This document shows, one piece after another, positions 1 through 8,882 of a stretch of 20,000 bases of DNA. This DNA is from an uncultured virus (IMG/VR IMGVR_UViG_3300040815_001293) (lineage: Duplodnaviria > Heunggongvirae > Uroviricota > Caudoviricetes). The DNA is taken from IMG/VR virus record IMGVR_UViG_3300040815_001293. The stretch is one strand, 5' to 3'. Position 1 is the first letter of the stretch. Every line of letters begins with the position of its first letter. The notes under the pieces are model-generated. The model saw only the letters and a program-made list of their open reading frames with translations. It did not search any database and had not been told where the DNA came from. The translations under genes were made by a program, and so were the position numbers.

Positions 1-1
1 A

Positions 2-865
2 TTAGAAGAAGGCGTAAATGATGTAGATAAAATTCTTCAACTTACAAATGAACTTTACAATGAACTAGTTGATTTCCAAAATGAAGAAACTGATGAGAAC
101 GTAGAAGATCTTGTTGGACACCTAGCAGAATTTAAGGCTAAACTTGAAGGTGATACGGGATCATTTTCAGAAGATAAATTTGATGGATACAAAATTCACC
201 GTTTAGGCGAGTTACAGAAAAAAATTGACGACGTTGCTAAAGATATTAGATTACTAGGCAAAACAGATTCAATGCCAGGCGCCACAGGTGCTGGTGATTT
301 AACAGATCAACTTACTACAATGAATGATGCAATACAAATGTTGCAAGACGTTGTTGAAAGAGCAAACAGTATTGTACCTGATCCATTAAAAAATTATGAT
401 GGTACTCCAAAAACTGAAGAAACAGTTGAAGAAAAAATAACAAACAGCGAGGAACAAAAAATGGAAACAACCAAAAAAGACACAGTTGAAGTTGCTGTAG
501 AAGATTTGGCGAGAGTATTAGAACTCGCTGGATTAAAAGCAGAAGCAGAAGAAAAAGATTTTGATTTTTCAAAAGATAATTTAGAATTATGCGATACCTG
601 TGATAAACCAATTGACAAATGCGATTGTGAAGGACACGATCACAAGGCTGAAGAACTAGCACCAACTCAGGCAAACAACGAAGTTGAACTTGACGAGTAT
701 AGTAACTCTCCAGACGAAGAGTACTTCGATACAGACACACAATTAAACAAAATGTCAGGCGGATTAAACGGTCCAAAGAAACAATTCAAAAAAGAATACC
801 CAGGTGACAATCCGTTAGCAGTAGATTTACAAGATAAACTTGCTAAAATGTTATCTAGTATGTAA
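2..865 (+). CDS. Acidic phage protein, 5'-truncated, possibly head/internal virion protein
   Basis: The frame of ORF 272..865 is open from position 2 (LEEGVNDVDKILQL...), so the true start lies upstream of the window. Very E/D-rich; contains LARVLELAGLK and a CDTCDKPIDKCDCEGHDH Cys/His cluster. Confidence 0.75.
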   Translation, partial: LEEGVNDVDKILQLTNELYNELVDFQNEETDENVEDLVGHLAEFKAKLEGDTGSFSEDKFDGYKIHRLGELQKKIDDVAKDIRLLGKTDSMPGATGAGDLTDQLTTMNDAIQMLQDVVERANSIVPDPLKNYDGTPKTEETVEEKITNSEEQKMETTKKDTVEVAVEDLARVLELAGLKAEAEEKDFDFSKDNLELCDTCDKPIDKCDCEGHDHKAEELAPTQANNEVELDEYSNSPDEEYFDTDTQLNKMSGGLNGPKKQFKKEYPGDNPLAVDLQDKLAKMLSSM

Positions 866-873
866 TTTCTATC

Positions 874-1104
874 ATGGCTGATAAGTCGTTTGAAAGCGAA
901 TTAGAAGATTTAAAAAGATTAGCAGGGGTTGGTTCATATTCTGGATTGACCCCTTACTCATCTGTAGAAGAAAATGTTGGCAGTCTTGCTAACAAATTAT
1001 CTAAAGTACAAAAGAAAAGAAAAATACAACCAGGCACAGAAGCATGGTTTAGACTTTGGTTTAGTAAACCTTGGTTAACAGGTGAAAAACCTTACGACGA
1101 TTAA
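874..1104 (+). CDS. Small hypothetical phage protein (ELEDLKRLAGV motif; C-terminal IQPGTEAWFRLWF)
   Basis: 76-aa ORF starting 8 nt after the previous stop, with phage-like codon usage. Confidence 0.75.
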   Translation: MADKSFESELEDLKRLAGVGSYSGLTPYSSVEENVGSLANKLSKVQKKRKIQPGTEAWFRLWFSKPWLTGEKPYDD

Positions 1105-1640
1105 TCAGAAAATTTGTGTTGTTCAGTAACACTAATATATTGTAACCATTTAGGGTGTTTAATTTTAAATGGCATTTTACGTCTAAGAGTTGCAAGGTTA
1201 TAGTAGTCGGGCTTATACGGCGTATTTAAGGGTCTAACGTTAGTTTTATCGCCCTTCTTAACATTACAAGACATACAAGCAGTAGTGCAATTTTCCCAAC
1301 TAGTTTTACCACCCTTGCTAATTGGAATGATGTGGTCAATAGTTAGTTCTTTAGGATTAAAAGTATCAGCACAATATTGACATTGAAACATATCACGTAG
1401 ATACATATTATGTCTAGCAAATCGAATAGTTTTTTGAATGGGAAAATAGTCGTTAAGAGCTACAACGGCAGGTACATTAAATTCCATATTAGGACTATGC
1501 ACTTGCCAGTCTTGGTACTCATCAACTACTTTAACCCTGTCTAAATAGCATAATTTTATAGCAGATTGCCATGAAATTAGACTTAAAGGCAGTACACTTA
1601 AAGGTTGATAGTTTCCGTTTAGAACCAAACAGTCAGACAT
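1101..1640 (-). CDS. HNH endonuclease (McrA-like, Zn-binding)
   Basis: RDMFQCQYC...LTIDHIIPISKGGKTSWENCTTACMSCNVKKG gives CxxC + HNH + CxxC; N-terminal LVLNGNYQPL is typical of stand-alone HNH proteins. Only convincing minus-strand gene in the window. Confidence 0.92.
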   Translation of the reverse strand: MSDCLVLNGNYQPLSVLPLSLISWQSAIKLCYLDRVKVVDEYQDWQVHSPNMEFNVPAVVALNDYFPIQKTIRFARHNMYLRDMFQCQYCADTFNPKELTIDHIIPISKGGKTSWENCTTACMSCNVKKGDKTNVRPLNTPYKPDYYNLATLRRKMPFKIKHPKWLQYISVTEQHKFSD

Positions 1641-1646
1641 CGTTGT

Positions 1647-1662
1647 TATTTACCGATAAATA
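1647..1662. promoter_or_regulatory. Back-to-back T4-like late promoter boxes (TAAATA on both strands)
   Basis: tattta (1647-1652; TAAATA on minus strand, 6 nt before the HNH ATG) - ccga - taaata (1657-1662, plus strand). Resembles the T4 late consensus TATAAATA. Confidence 0.55.
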
Positions 1663-1710
1663 CAATAGTAATATGTGTATATTATACTTATAAAAAATAG
1701 GAGAAGTCAA

Positions 1711-1929
1711 ATGTTCAAATGGATCACAAACATTTTTGCAGTAACACCTAGAGAGATCAAAAAAGAAAAACCTCTAGTATTAGTACCTAGCAAAAAAGAT
1801 CTTGCCAAGTTAACTAAACAAGGTTTAGAAGACTTAGGAAGAAAACACAAAATAGAATTAGACCGAAGAGAAACAAAAGATAAACTTGTAAATAAATTAC
1901 ACAAGCATATCAAAAGTTTAAATAATTAA
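1711..1929 (+). CDS. Small basic protein with Rho-N/HeH-like helix-extended-helix motif
   Basis: AGGAG at 1699-1703 favours ATG 1711 over the ORF-track start at 1675. LAKLTKQGLEDLGRKHKIELDRRETKDKLVNKL fits the HeH/Rho_N pattern. Confidence 0.65.
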   Translation: MFKWITNIFAVTPREIKKEKPLVLVPSKKDLAKLTKQGLEDLGRKHKIELDRRETKDKLVNKLHKHIKSLNN

Positions 1930-1938
1930 GAGATATAA

Positions 1939-3513
1939 ATGACATACAAAGCCCTCGACGGCGTATTAGTAAAAAAGCCACATCAGAACCAACGTTGGAC
2001 TGAAGAACAGTTAATAGATTTTAAAGAGTGTGCAGATTCTAACACAGGACCTGCTTATTTTTTAGGTAAGTATTTTCATATTCAGCACCCTGTTGACGGC
2101 AAGATTCTTTATAAACCATACAAGTATCAAGAAACTTTAGTCAACAGTTATCACTCTAATAGATTTAGTATTAATTTATTGAGTAGACAAATGGGAAAAA
2201 CTACAACTGCGGCTGGATACTTGTTGTGGTATGCTATGTTTGTACCAGACAGTACTATATTAATTGCGGCACACAAATATTCAGGTGCTCAAGAAATCAT
2301 GCAGAAGATTCGATACGCATATGAACTTATGCCAGATCATATTAGAGCGGGGGTAACAAGTTACAATAAAGGCAGTATAGAATTTGAAAACGGAAGTAGA
2401 ATTGTAGCACAAGCAACAACAGAAAACACAGGACGTGGTATGAGTATTACGTTATTGTACTGTGATGAGTTTGCGTTTGTAAGACCAACTATTGCAAAAG
2501 AGTTTTGGACAAGTATTTCACCAACATTAGCAACTGGTGGTAAAGCAATTATTACAAGCACACCTAACAGTGATGAAGATCAGTTTTGGTTATTGTGGAC
2601 AGAAGCAAACAGGACTATTGATGATTACGGACATCCTTTAAAAGATGGAATAGGGATAAACGGATTTTTTGGCTTTAAAGCATTATGGCGAGAACATCCT
2701 GACAGAGATGATGAATGGGCTAAAGAAGAATTAGGTCGTATTGGAGAAGAACGTTTTAAACGTGAAATGGACTGCGAACCAATTATATTTGATGAAACAT
2801 TAATCAATGCAATTAGATTAGCAGAGATGGAAGGTAAAGAGCCAATTGAAAGACAAGGTCAAGTACGTTGGTTTAAAAAACCTAAAAAAGGCAGTATATA
2901 CTTAATAAGTTTAGATCCAAGTTTAGGAACGGGTGGAGACAATGCGGCAATACAGGTTATAGAAATGCCTTCACTAGAGCAAGTTGCAGAGTTTATGCAC
3001 AATAAGACACCTATTGTACAGCAAATAAAAATAATGAAAGAAATAGGTGAGTATCTAGTACAGCAAATAGATGAACCTAATGATGTTTATTACAGCGTTG
3101 AAAACAATACGCTAGGAGAGGCGGCACTAGTTACAATACAAGAAATTGGTGAAGAAAATATACCAGGTTTCTTTATTAGTGAACCTAAAGGACATGGTAA
3201 TAGCAAAAGGTTTCGTAGAGGATTTAATACAACACATAAATCAAAAATCTCAGCCTGTGCTAAATTAAAGAGTTTAATTGAAACTAAAAGATTAACTATT
3301 AATAGTAGACCTCTGATATCAGAACTAAAGTCATTTGTGGCTGTGGGCAGTAGTTATCAAGCCAGACCAGGAGAAACTGACGATTTAGTTATGTCTTTAG
3401 TACTAGCAATACGCATGAGTATGGTGTTAAAGAAGTATGATGCTGGTATAGATGAGCTTTTAAGCGACAATTTTGACGATATAGTAGAACCCATGCCTAC
3501 ATTAATGTTATAA
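1939..3513 (+). CDS. terL: Terminase large subunit, T4 gp17-like
   Basis: Walker A SRQMGKTT, Walker B LLYCDEFAF, coupling motif ITSTPN, RNase H-like nuclease acidic residues (SLDPSLG, VENN, DDLVMSL). Confidence 0.96.
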   Translation: MTYKALDGVLVKKPHQNQRWTEEQLIDFKECADSNTGPAYFLGKYFHIQHPVDGKILYKPYKYQETLVNSYHSNRFSINLLSRQMGKTTTAAGYLLWYAMFVPDSTILIAAHKYSGAQEIMQKIRYAYELMPDHIRAGVTSYNKGSIEFENGSRIVAQATTENTGRGMSITLLYCDEFAFVRPTIAKEFWTSISPTLATGGKAIITSTPNSDEDQFWLLWTEANRTIDDYGHPLKDGIGINGFFGFKALWREHPDRDDEWAKEELGRIGEERFKREMDCEPIIFDETLINAIRLAEMEGKEPIERQGQVRWFKKPKKGSIYLISLDPSLGTGGDNAAIQVIEMPSLEQVAEFMHNKTPIVQQIKIMKEIGEYLVQQIDEPNDVYYSVENNTLGEAALVTIQEIGEENIPGFFISEPKGHGNSKRFRRGFNTTHKSKISACAKLKSLIETKRLTINSRPLISELKSFVAVGSSYQARPGETDDLVMSLVLAIRMSMVLKKYDAGIDELLSDNFDDIVEPMPTLML

Positions 3514-3519
3514 AAAAGG

Positions 3520-3525
3520 TAAATA
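3520..3525 (+). promoter_or_regulatory. Putative late promoter TAAATA directly before the 823-aa gene
   Basis: ggTAAATAgtaatATG: box lies 5 nt before ATG 3531, leaving no room for an SD. Confidence 0.55.
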
Positions 3526-3530
3526 GTAAT

Positions 3531-6002
3531 ATGCAAATACACAACAAAGTAGCCAACGATTTATATGGCATTTTAGCCAAGAAGTTTACTAAATTGACTA
3601 TTGCAGATAGTCAAGCAGTAACTACAGTTGAACCATCAGAAGGTAGAATTTTTACTTTAGAATATGGGGCAAGTGGTAAAAGTTATGGCAGTGTCACTGT
3701 AAACGTAGTAGATCCTAACTCTTTAGTAGTTTATTATAATACTAACATTAGTGAAGATATGCGTTACAATGATAAAAAAGATTGGTATGCTTTTTTAAAA
3801 GAATTAAGATATTTTTCTAAAAGAAATTTAATGAGTTTTGATGTTCGTAATATTGGTAAGCAACAGTTAGATAAAACTGATTATGCTTATATAAAATCTA
3901 ACGATAATAGTTATGATAGTTCAGAAGTAACTTTTGAAAGTAAATTAACAGGCACATTAAAAACATCATATCAACCATTTGGTGAAAATGTTAAATTAGT
4001 TATTAAACATAAAACACCAGTTGATGAAACTGTACGTGGTTCTAGAAGTAGAAGCATACATAGTTTGTATATAGAAAATGCCGACCAAGGAAGATTTAAA
4101 CTTCCTTTTAAAAGTTTAATTGCCGCGAGAGCAATGGCAAATCACGTTGCAAACAACGGATCATATGATGATGAAATTGGACAGCACATACATGAAATAA
4201 CACAAGAAGCCTACGATTTAACAAGGTTTGTTAAAACTTTCAGACGTGCTGATAACTTTGCTGAACAAGATGAAGCACAGAAAATTATTGAACAAGCAAA
4301 ACAACGTTATCAAGGTATTAGAGAAACTTTAAAAAGTTTATCAAAGCCTAAAGGATACGCAAGTTATGTAGAACAATATAAACCAACAGAAGATAATGTT
4401 GAACAAGCAGACTTAGATGAAATTAGAGGAAAGTTAGTTCGCATTCAAAAAGATAATATAGTAGACACAATACTGCCAAATTTGGCTAGAGGGATTAATA
4501 AAATGAAAGTACAAGAAACTGATAAATCTTTAGCACACAATCTTGCAAAAGATCCAAGTGCTAATTTAGAATTACGTCCGCATCCAGAAGAAGATGCAGA
4601 TATTAAAAACTATATGGCTCATATCAAAAAGATGATCATAAGAAAAGACAAAACTTCTGAAAATCCACAAGATGGTATTGTTAGAAAAATTATTATGTCG
4701 TTAGCAAAACGTACTGTTGACGATGCACTTTCTTTACAAATAAGTGATTTAGGTTCTATGGACAGTAAAGAAGATAAAACAGCGGCTTATCAGTTAGCCT
4801 CTAAATATTTAAAAGGCAAAGTTTCAGAGATCCCATTTGCTAGTAAAACTAAAGCAAAAACAGAAGAAGATCAATACGAAAGTATAATGAATAATTTATC
4901 AGAAGGTACTTGGGCAATTCCAGATACTGAAGAAGCAGTAAATAAACTAGAAAGTTTGATGGCAGATGTACTTCCCCTCGGTGCAGAAGGCGACAACGCA
5001 ACTAGTACAATGTACGGTATTATTGGTGATGATGAGTTATTTGATAACTTAGGAGACGCAGGAGATAAAGATCCACAAGGTGATGCTCGTCCAATTATTT
5101 GTGCATGGGTAAAAGAAAATTTAGATGGATACGATATACCAGCAGAATTAAACAGTAAAATCCATGATATTTGCAACAAGTTTACAGGTGTTGCAGAAGG
5201 TGGAGTTAAGAGATCATTAGAAGATGACGCTGAAAATTTAAGCAAAGAAGAGTTTATGAAAAAACATGGCGGACCTAATGCAGATGATGAGTCAGCATCC
5301 AATTTCTATGACAACTATAATGGTGTAGATGAAGCAGAAGTTCCAGAAGGAAACGAATTCACAGATGCTAGAAAAAAAGCCATTGATGCAGGTGAAACAG
5401 AATTTGAAGTAGATGGCAAGAAATATAAAGTTACTGGTGATACATCAGATGAGAAAAAGCAAAATGAAAACGTTGTAGACAACGCCGCTGATTCTGAAGG
5501 TATAGAAGAAATAGCAGATGCAATTAAATTCCGTATTACTGCAAATCCAGAAACATTTGAAAAGATATTAAAACATACAGATATGCAAACACTATTATCG
5601 GCAATCGAAAGTGTTGCTGAATTCCATGCTCCAATGGAGGAGTTAGGATCAAGCGATATTAGTGCTATGGTTAAAGAAGTGATGCAAGATTTAGGTGTTA
5701 AAGAAGAATATATTTTTAATGGCGAAAAAGTTGAAGAAGCACAAAGCCCGGCGCAAAAAGCCGCTTTTGAAAAAATGCTTGCCGCTAAAAAAGGTAATAA
5801 AAAAGACGATAGTAAGGAAGAAGAAAAAGAAGACGTTAAAGAAGAAGACGCTTATGACGGAACTCCTGAAGAAGTTAAAAAACTAAAAGCAAAAGAAAAA
5901 GCCGAAAAAGAAGAAGACAAGAAGAAAACTGAAGAATCAGTTGAAACACCGGCTGATCAGCATTTAGTAGACGAAATCTTATTTTTAGCAGGGTTGAAAT
6001 AA
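3531..6002 (+). CDS. Large phage protein with globular N-terminal half and acidic, modular C-terminal half; probable virion/head-associated protein
   Basis: 823-aa ORF directly after terL. Many (V/L)xE(G/A/E) sites, an EGNEFTDARKKAIDAGETEFEVDGKKYKVT module, a K/E-rich tail, and ends DEILFLAGLK. Function is inference. Confidence 0.7.
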   Translation: MQIHNKVANDLYGILAKKFTKLTIADSQAVTTVEPSEGRIFTLEYGASGKSYGSVTVNVVDPNSLVVYYNTNISEDMRYNDKKDWYAFLKELRYFSKRNLMSFDVRNIGKQQLDKTDYAYIKSNDNSYDSSEVTFESKLTGTLKTSYQPFGENVKLVIKHKTPVDETVRGSRSRSIHSLYIENADQGRFKLPFKSLIAARAMANHVANNGSYDDEIGQHIHEITQEAYDLTRFVKTFRRADNFAEQDEAQKIIEQAKQRYQGIRETLKSLSKPKGYASYVEQYKPTEDNVEQADLDEIRGKLVRIQKDNIVDTILPNLARGINKMKVQETDKSLAHNLAKDPSANLELRPHPEEDADIKNYMAHIKKMIIRKDKTSENPQDGIVRKIIMSLAKRTVDDALSLQISDLGSMDSKEDKTAAYQLASKYLKGKVSEIPFASKTKAKTEEDQYESIMNNLSEGTWAIPDTEEAVNKLESLMADVLPLGAEGDNATSTMYGIIGDDELFDNLGDAGDKDPQGDARPIICAWVKENLDGYDIPAELNSKIHDICNKFTGVAEGGVKRSLEDDAENLSKEEFMKKHGGPNADDESASNFYDNYNGVDEAEVPEGNEFTDARKKAIDAGETEFEVDGKKYKVTGDTSDEKKQNENVVDNAADSEGIEEIADAIKFRITANPETFEKILKHTDMQTLLSAIESVAEFHAPMEELGSSDISAMVKEVMQDLGVKEEYIFNGEKVEEAQSPAQKAAFEKMLAAKKGNKKDDSKEEEKEDVKEEDAYDGTPEEVKKLKAKEKAEKEEDKKKTEESVETPADQHLVDEILFLAGLK

Positions 6003-6011
6003 ACCCTGTTA
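5986..6011 (+). terminator. Hairpin over the stop codon of the 823-aa gene, possible terminator
   Basis: tagcagggtt (5986-5995) / aaccctgtta (6002-6011), with a T-run upstream and an A-run downstream; no + strand U-tract directly after the stem. Confidence 0.4.
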
Positions 6012-6027
6012 TAAAAAACTACTAGTT

Positions 6028-6058
6028 TTTATCATCTATTAATCTTAGATGATAAATA
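6028..6058 (+). promoter_or_regulatory. 11-bp inverted repeat overlapping a late-promoter box upstream of the transporter operon
   Basis: tttatcatcta (6028-6038) N7 tagatgataaa (6046-6056); TAAATA at 6053-6058. Confidence 0.45.
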
Positions 6059-6307
6059 CTTTTAGTTAAGCAATATCAATTAATTTTAAGTGCAATACTT
6101 AAAAAAGATAAATTGGTAAAATAAAAAAAATTCCAAACGACAAAACAAGAGACTGAAAATGATATACTCAATTCTGGCTTTTTTATATAAAAACTCTCCA
6201 GACAATATTATCTACTCTTATTCTGTGTAATTGCACAGAGTTTTTAGTATGGGCTAACGGGTTGTAAAAGACCCAATATTAATGTAGTAAAACAAAGGAG
6301 AACATTT

Positions 6308-7363
6308 ATGTTTAAAAGACTACTACTTTCAGCAATCCTATCCTTAGGTATTGTTTCTTCAGCATTCGCTGATTATACACTAATCGTTCCTCAAGCACCT
6401 GGTAAAGGTACTTCAGTATGGAGCGAAATTATTGCAAAGAACTTAGAAAAGTTCGTTGGTGAGCCAGTAGTGGTACGCCATATTCCAGGAGCAAGAGATA
6501 TTCCTGGTTTCAATAAATTCCACAATGACCTACGTTTTGATGACAAAACAATTATGGTTGCACATGGTGGAAACGGTGTATCATACTTACTAGACAAAGT
6601 TGATTACAATTATTTCGATTATGAACTAATTGGATCAATGAACAATGATATTGTTCTTGGCAAACACGCAGGAGCAAAAGAAAAAGAAGGTACATGGACA
6701 ATCGCAGGCGGATCAGGTTTTGAACCAGATGCGGCGGCAGTTGCTATGTTACTATGCGGACCTCAAGGCAACAACACAGTAGACGACTATCTAAAATGTT
6801 GGAGAGAACGTGTAATTTGGGTTAACGGTGTATCAGGCGGAGAGAAACGTCTTGGTTTTAAAAATGGCGAATTTGATGTAGCCAGAGAATCACCTGCGGC
6901 TTGGAAACGTTTTTACGAAGGTATTGAAGGTAATGAATTATGGTTTACACACGGTATTCTAGATTTAGAAAACAATGTACAAATTCCAGATCCAAACTTT
7001 CCTAATACTCAGTTTGAAGATGTTTATGAATCACTATGGGGCGAACAGCCATCAGGCGATTTATACAATGCATACAAACTTACTCGTAATTGGAGAGATG
7101 CAATTCAAAAATCACTTTGGATGAACAAAGGAAACCCAAATGCGGCAAAAGTTAAAGCGGCTGTAACTGAAATGATCAACGATCCAGTTGCAAGTGCAGA
7201 AATTTATGCAAAGACAGGCGAGTACCCTTGGATCCAAGAAGGCCCAGAATTATTAGCGGCACTGAAATCATTGATTACAGAAAAAGCTCTTAAAGATGCG
7301 GTTAAGTGGAATCAAGAAGCATACGGCTTCCCATCAATCTATAAACCTGAACTTTTAAAGTAA
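6308..7363 (+). CDS. tctC: Tripartite tricarboxylate transporter periplasmic substrate-binding protein (TctC/Bug-like)
   Basis: Signal peptide ending AFA|D; YTLIVPQAPGKGTSVWSEIIAKNLEKFVGEPVVVRHIPGA matches the TctC N-terminal pattern (IVPxxPGGxxD...LGQPVVVENxPGA); AAGGAG RBS; adjacent to tctA. Confidence 0.8.
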   Translation: MFKRLLLSAILSLGIVSSAFADYTLIVPQAPGKGTSVWSEIIAKNLEKFVGEPVVVRHIPGARDIPGFNKFHNDLRFDDKTIMVAHGGNGVSYLLDKVDYNYFDYELIGSMNNDIVLGKHAGAKEKEGTWTIAGGSGFEPDAAAVAMLLCGPQGNNTVDDYLKCWRERVIWVNGVSGGEKRLGFKNGEFDVARESPAAWKRFYEGIEGNELWFTHGILDLENNVQIPDPNFPNTQFEDVYESLWGEQPSGDLYNAYKLTRNWRDAIQKSLWMNKGNPNAAKVKAAVTEMINDPVASAEIYAKTGEYPWIQEGPELLAALKSLITEKALKDAVKWNQEAYGFPSIYKPELLK

Positions 7364-7375
7364 AGGAATAGAACT

Positions 7376-8881
7376 ATGGATTATGTTATCTGGGCGTTAA
7401 TTGGCACCTGTTATGGAATGCTAGTTGGTATTATACCTATCGCAGGTGTAACTACCGCCCTGATAACTGTCTTTAGCATGGGAGCATACTTTATGGCTGA
7501 CCCCTATTTGGGGTTAGTCTTTCTTACTGCAATCGTGGCAAGTTGTGCCAGTGCAGATAGTTATACAAGTATTCTAACAGGTATACCAGGTGCTAGTACG
7601 ACAGCGGCTTGTGTTATTGATGGTTATCCAATGGCAAAGAAAGGCCAGGCGGCAAGAGCAATGGGAATTGCTATTACTGACTCTACATTTAATGGAGTTA
7701 TATTCGCGGCATTAACTTTCTTTTTACTTCCTTATTATGGGAAGGTTATCGTATTATTTGGACGTCCAGAGTTTCTGGGATTCATGACAATGGCCCTAGC
7801 CTGTGTAGGCTTTGTGGCAAGTAAAAATGTATTTTTAAGTATCTGTGCAATCATATTTGGATTAGCAGTGGGTATGGTAGGAGAAGATGTTGTAAGTAAT
7901 CCTAGACTGACATTTGGTTGGGAATATTTACAAAATGGAATTGGTATGGTAGTTTTACTATCAGGATTATTTGGAGTTCCAGAATTATTAGATGGATTTA
8001 GAAAAAAATTAAAATCAGCGGCACCGCCAATGGAAGGCAATTACTATGAAGGCTTAAAAGAAGGCTTTGGAGATTGTAAAAAGAATTGGCGAGACATGGC
8101 CCGAGGCGGAATAATTGGTTTTGTTACTGGTTTACTACCAGGTGTAGGAGGAGCAGTAGGAGACTTTTTGGCGTATGGAGCCACAAAAGCCGCACATAAA
8201 GAAAAACAAGAGGTTCCATTTGGCTCAGGTAACCCAATTGGATTATTAGGTTGCGAAGGCGCCAACAACGCACAGAAAGTATCTAGTATGATACCTGCTT
8301 GTTTGTTCGGTATTCCTGCGGCACCATTTGCCGCTATGGTTATGGCAATCTGTATGTACTTCGGTATGGAGATTGGCACACCTAGTCTACTAGATGATTT
8401 ACAGTTCACAAATAGTTTAGCATTTGGTTATATATTTGGAACTATCGGTGTAGCACTATTAAGTATATTCTTATATAAATGGATTCTTAAAATATTAGAA
8501 GTTCCTTTTTGGATATATGCTACATTTATTTTAGCAGTGATTGTTTATGCTAATATGCAATACACAGGCGGCTGGGAAGACTTGGCACTGTTAACAATTT
8601 TAAGTGCAATTGGATGTGTATGTAAACACTTTAATATCAGTAGACCAGCAATTCTTGTTGCATATGTTGTAGCATTTAAAATTGATGAATACTTTTGGGG
8701 AACATTACAATTATACGGATACAAACAATGGAAGCCAGGCTTAACTTCTATGGAAGGATTTAGATGGGGAGAATTATTTAACATCTACAATCATCCTATC
8801 TTTCTTGTATGTATTGTAGTTGCACTAGGCATATTCATAAATAGTTTAGTAAGAAAAGATAAAGGATTGGATTATACATAG
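7376..8881 (+). CDS. tctA: Tripartite tricarboxylate transporter large membrane subunit (TctA family)
   Basis: 501 aa, multi-pass hydrophobic; TctA hallmarks SILTGIPG, VIDGYPMAKKGQA, GLLPGVGG, EGANNA, FGIP. Confidence 0.92.
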   Translation: MDYVIWALIGTCYGMLVGIIPIAGVTTALITVFSMGAYFMADPYLGLVFLTAIVASCASADSYTSILTGIPGASTTAACVIDGYPMAKKGQAARAMGIAITDSTFNGVIFAALTFFLLPYYGKVIVLFGRPEFLGFMTMALACVGFVASKNVFLSICAIIFGLAVGMVGEDVVSNPRLTFGWEYLQNGIGMVVLLSGLFGVPELLDGFRKKLKSAAPPMEGNYYEGLKEGFGDCKKNWRDMARGGIIGFVTGLLPGVGGAVGDFLAYGATKAAHKEKQEVPFGSGNPIGLLGCEGANNAQKVSSMIPACLFGIPAAPFAAMVMAICMYFGMEIGTPSLLDDLQFTNSLAFGYIFGTIGVALLSIFLYKWILKILEVPFWIYATFILAVIVYANMQYTGGWEDLALLTILSAIGCVCKHFNISRPAILVAYVVAFKIDEYFWGTLQLYGYKQWKPGLTSMEGFRWGELFNIYNHPIFLVCIVVALGIFINSLVRKDKGLDYT

Positions 8882-8882
8882 A

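Noticed and set aside
6146..6203. Glycine-riboswitch-like words (gagac...gaa, aaactctc) in the tctC leader
   Set aside because: The core GGAGA/CCGAAG/CUCUCAGG elements and supporting stems are not properly present.
6159..6230. 23-codon ORF (MIYSILAFLYKNSPDNIIYSYSV) as a leader peptide or TctB remnant
   Set aside because: Too short, no convincing RBS and no resemblance to the 4-TM TctB.
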